DNA of 64,000 bases from Podarcis pityusensis (Eukaryota): the NCBI GenBank assembly GCA_964106645.2, contig OZ067042.1; one strand, written 5' to 3'. Position numbers and translations under genes: made by a program. Below are positions 60,864 through 64,000 of the stretch, piece after piece. Within the stretch, counting starts at the first letter, position 1. Every line of letters starts with the position of its first letter. Below the pieces are notes generated by a model. It was not told the DNA's origin and ran no database searches. It saw nothing but the letters and a program-made list of their open reading frames with translations.

Positions 60864-61679
60864 CAAGAACTAACTTAGTTGGTCTTAAAGGTGCTACTGG
60901 AAGGATTTTTTTTATAATGCTATTCCAGATCATCTTTTGCCAGCTGGGTCATGTGAACCTGCCATGAAATAAAAGTGCTAAATTCCAATAATGTGTCATG
61001 ATGTAGAAATCAAACATATTCAGGACTTGTCCAACAATCTCTTATTCAACCTTACGGACAAACATAGGATAATTCAATGACTGCAAGTGAGGCATCAAAG
61101 AAACTGACTTCCTTTCAAGCCAACTTTAGCTTTGCATGTTGTTATACCACCACCAAGTCACCTCTGTGGAGTTTGTACTGTCTTTTTCTTTCAACTTACA
61201 CTTTCATCGTGCACAGGAGAACTGCCATATCTTGAACTCTGAGTCTGTTAAGGAAAGTTTGGGTTCATCATTCTTTTTTGTAAATTCTAAAAAGTTTTTA
61301 TCAGAACATAATGCAGAGCAAAGCCTAGAAATTACTAATCTCAGGTGCAGCAGGGTAGCAAAAGGAAATACCCAGGTGGAGTCTAGTGAAAATGGAATTA
61401 CAGGTTGTAAATTAATAGTCTGGGGCTTGACCCTAAAATATCATTTGGTCCATTTTTCTAGTGCTGGCAGTCTAGAAAACCATTTTTTCTGGGTTTTGAT
61501 TACTGAGTCTTAGTTCTCTATGTTTTTACAGTGGTGAAGGGTTTTACACCAAAATTCAAGCCATATTTAGACTATCATATATCAGCTTAATAAACTGAGA
61601 TAGTAACAAGCCTCTTGGCCAATTCTAGTGGAATCTATACACATATAAAAACCGTTCTGAAAATGTGTTTTTAAAAATA

Positions 61680-61894
61680 TAGTGGTACCTCCGGATAAGT
61701 ACTTAATTCGTTCCAGAGGTCCGTTCTTAATCTGAAACTATACTTAACCTGAAGCACCACTTTAGCTAATGGGGCCTCCTGCTGCTGCCGCGCGATTTCT
61801 ACTCTCATCCTGAAGCAAAGTTCTTAACCCGAGGTACTATTTCTGGGTTAAAGGAGTATGTAACCTGAAGCGTATGTAACCCGAGGCACCACTG
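61680..61894 (-). mobile_element. Tc1/mariner (Tigger-like) MITE, same family as 23166-23407, opposite orientation
   Basis: TA flanks, same TIRs, shared internal ccactttagctaatggggcctcctgctgc. Confidence 0.85.
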
Positions 61895-63730
61895 TACATT
61901 TTTTCCATAAGACTCACCATTGCCATCTAGTGTCACATTGTATATTGCACTTAAAATGTTTTATTTGCAGCTGAATAGCTGAGTCCTCTGTCTTTTGCAC
62001 AAATGAGCAAGAAGTCTTCCATTAACTATAGCTTCTTGTTTCCTCTGTATTGGGATACTATGCTTAACAGCGTCAGAACAAGCCAAGATGTTAAGTGATG
62101 TTTGATGTTGGCTAAATATCCATCCTGTCTTTTTCTGAAACTGTTAACTGTAGTTTCCAGATTTGAATGAAACAGGAAAATAAAGTTAAAGCAAAGAGAT
62201 CACATGTGTAGCCAAGAGGCTTGTTCATATCTCTGTTTATTAAGCCAAGATATGATTGTTCAGACAGACCCAGTGTATGTTATGTCCAAGACAGTGTATG
62301 TGGGCTCCTTTGGAAGAGCGGAATATAAATCTAATAAATTGAAAAAAGAAAGATAACTAGCCTCCAACTTTGTGGGCTAGAAGACATTTTCCTGAAAAAA
62401 CCAAGTAATACTGTTGCACTATTACAAGGTGTATCCACAGTAGTAGGTATTCCACTGATAAAAGGCACTTTTATTGCCATTTTAAAACATTCCTGTTTAC
62501 CTAGGCATTTGATGGCTGAAATATATTGTTCCTAGAAACCTTGACATTATTTAGTTGTGCACAGTTGTCTGTTCTTTAATTTTTTTAAAAAAATATTGTT
62601 TTTGTTGTTTTGATGTTTGCTTCCCTGAGTGAAATTTATGATTTAATAAATACATAAAATAAGGACAGGCACAGAAAGTGCATTATATGTGTGTGCCTTG
62701 CAACAGCACCCACAAAGTGAAGCCTATGGGACTGGTTTGTGTAACAGGCATGATTCTAAATCAGGGTACTGGCCTCAGATGCTTCAACACTTTCCGTATC
62801 CATTGTGATGTCAATAAAGGCGATATTATTGATTTAAAGGGAAGCAAGGCAGGACTGAATTCCAAAGAGCTCTAATAAGATTTTAGCTCATGATGGATAC
62901 AAATACTCAGTCAAAATGTTATACAAACTCTGAAGGAATGGAGCTCCAGGAAAAACTCTAGCTAAGAAGCCACAGAACTAGTTCCATGATTGGTATAACT
63001 CACCTGACCATTAAAAACAGACCAGAGAATGTAGATCTGGAGCCAAAGGATGTCTCAAGGAAGAACTAGGAGAACTGTTAAGTTATTAATCCACCTAAGT
63101 ATGTTCCTGGTTCAAAACCAGCCGATGACCATGTTAGTCATGTGATATCCATGCTACCATTAGCATAAAACAACTACTATGCAAGTTAATACCAGAAAGA
63201 AGCCAAAAACTATTTACTGTTACTATTTACATTGCTTCATAGCAGGATCTATTATCATGACACACATTAAGCACACTAAGTATGTTTTCTGTGCTCCATT
63301 GCTGGGTAAGTGATTCTATGCAATCAGCAATCAGATTATACAAAAAGGCATTGCTCCATAAAAAGCAACGATTAAGCAAGGCAGAAGCAGAAGATAGCTA
63401 GAGGTCCTTAGAAAGAAATGCAGCCAAAACAACATTCCTGAAGGAAAGTGAACAACGATTAAATGCATCACAGCAATCATACAAGCAGTAGGCAGCCAAA
63501 GCCTCTGTCTTTCCTCATTCATCAGATACAATGGTGTAAGAGCAGCTGTGGGGAGTTTGCAAATAGGAATACAACCATAACATGTATGAACTATACTAAA
63601 AGCATATGTGCTACAATCAAAGACCAACCTTTCACTACCAGAATTATTTATTTTTCGATAACTTTTTGCTTTATTGGCCAATCAGATCCTCTGTGTTCAT
63701 TTCTGAACAAGAAGATTAACTGGTTGGTTT

Positions 63731-63744
63731 CCACTAGGTGGCAC
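63731..63744 (+). promoter_or_regulatory. Candidate CTCF site
   Basis: CCACTAGGTGGCAC matches the CTCF core CCASYAGRKGGCRS. Motif match only. Confidence 0.5.
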
Positions 63745-64000
63745 TATGTGAAAACATTTTACATAATAAGATCTGACAGTAGTAGTTCAAAGACTGAAAT
63801 ATTAAATTCAGTGATCAAACACTTTACAAGAGATAGAGCTTTAAAGGATTTGAATGCTAAGTTGTGGGTTGTTATCCAAATTAACTTTTGTGCCAGAACT
63901 GGTGTGTGTGTGGAGAGGAGTGAGTCTCTCATTATGGAGTTAAAGACCGGGTAGAGAATCAAAACAAAGAAAGGACACAAGCTGTAGCTTGAAAGAAATG

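Larger units (their letters stand above)
60693..60915. mobile_element. Penelope-like element terminal (pseudo-LTR) fragments in inverted arrangement, with 13-bp flanking direct repeat
   Basis: Arms 60731-60822 and 60824-60915 are reverse complements with one mismatch. aatgctattccag flanks both sides (60680-60692 and 60916-60928). Carries a PLE-type minimal hammerhead motif. Confidence 0.8.

Noticed and set aside
63331-63954. 163-aa (+) and 116-aa (-) ORFs
   Set aside because: No recognisable protein family and no match to the expected upstream ABLIM1 exon (AKVDNEILDYKDLAA...), which appears to lie beyond the right end.

Overview
Vertebrate genomic DNA from a squamate reptile, most likely a lacertid lizard (it carries Sauria SINEs, a BovB LINE and squamate-type MITEs). 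Two genes lie in tandem on the minus strand. (1) The 3' half of ABLIM1 (actin-binding LIM protein 1): 13 coding exons read by hand from 58559 down to the stop at 28551, ending in the villin-type headpiece. They include an 8-nt microexon, a GC-AG intron, a GAG acceptor and tandem acceptors, and are followed by a ~4.6 kb 3'UTR ending near 23950. (2) The CpG-island promoter and first coding exon (MDKYK, 10037-10052) of AFAP1L2, whose first intron runs off the left end. The rest is intronic or intergenic DNA with many transposon fragments and microsatellites. None of the long six-frame ORFs looks like an independent gene. Most notable observations: a young Penelope-like insertion forming a near-perfect 92-bp-arm palindrome with a minimal hammerhead ribozyme on each strand inside an ABLIM1 intron (60693-60915), plus a truncated sister copy; a candidate additional 21-nt in-frame ABLIM1 microexon (51493-51513); an unclassified 101-bp inverted repeat (53437-53799); and a Sauria SINE with an inverted 5' head. 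Gene and repeat-family names come from recalled sequence similarity; no database search was run.
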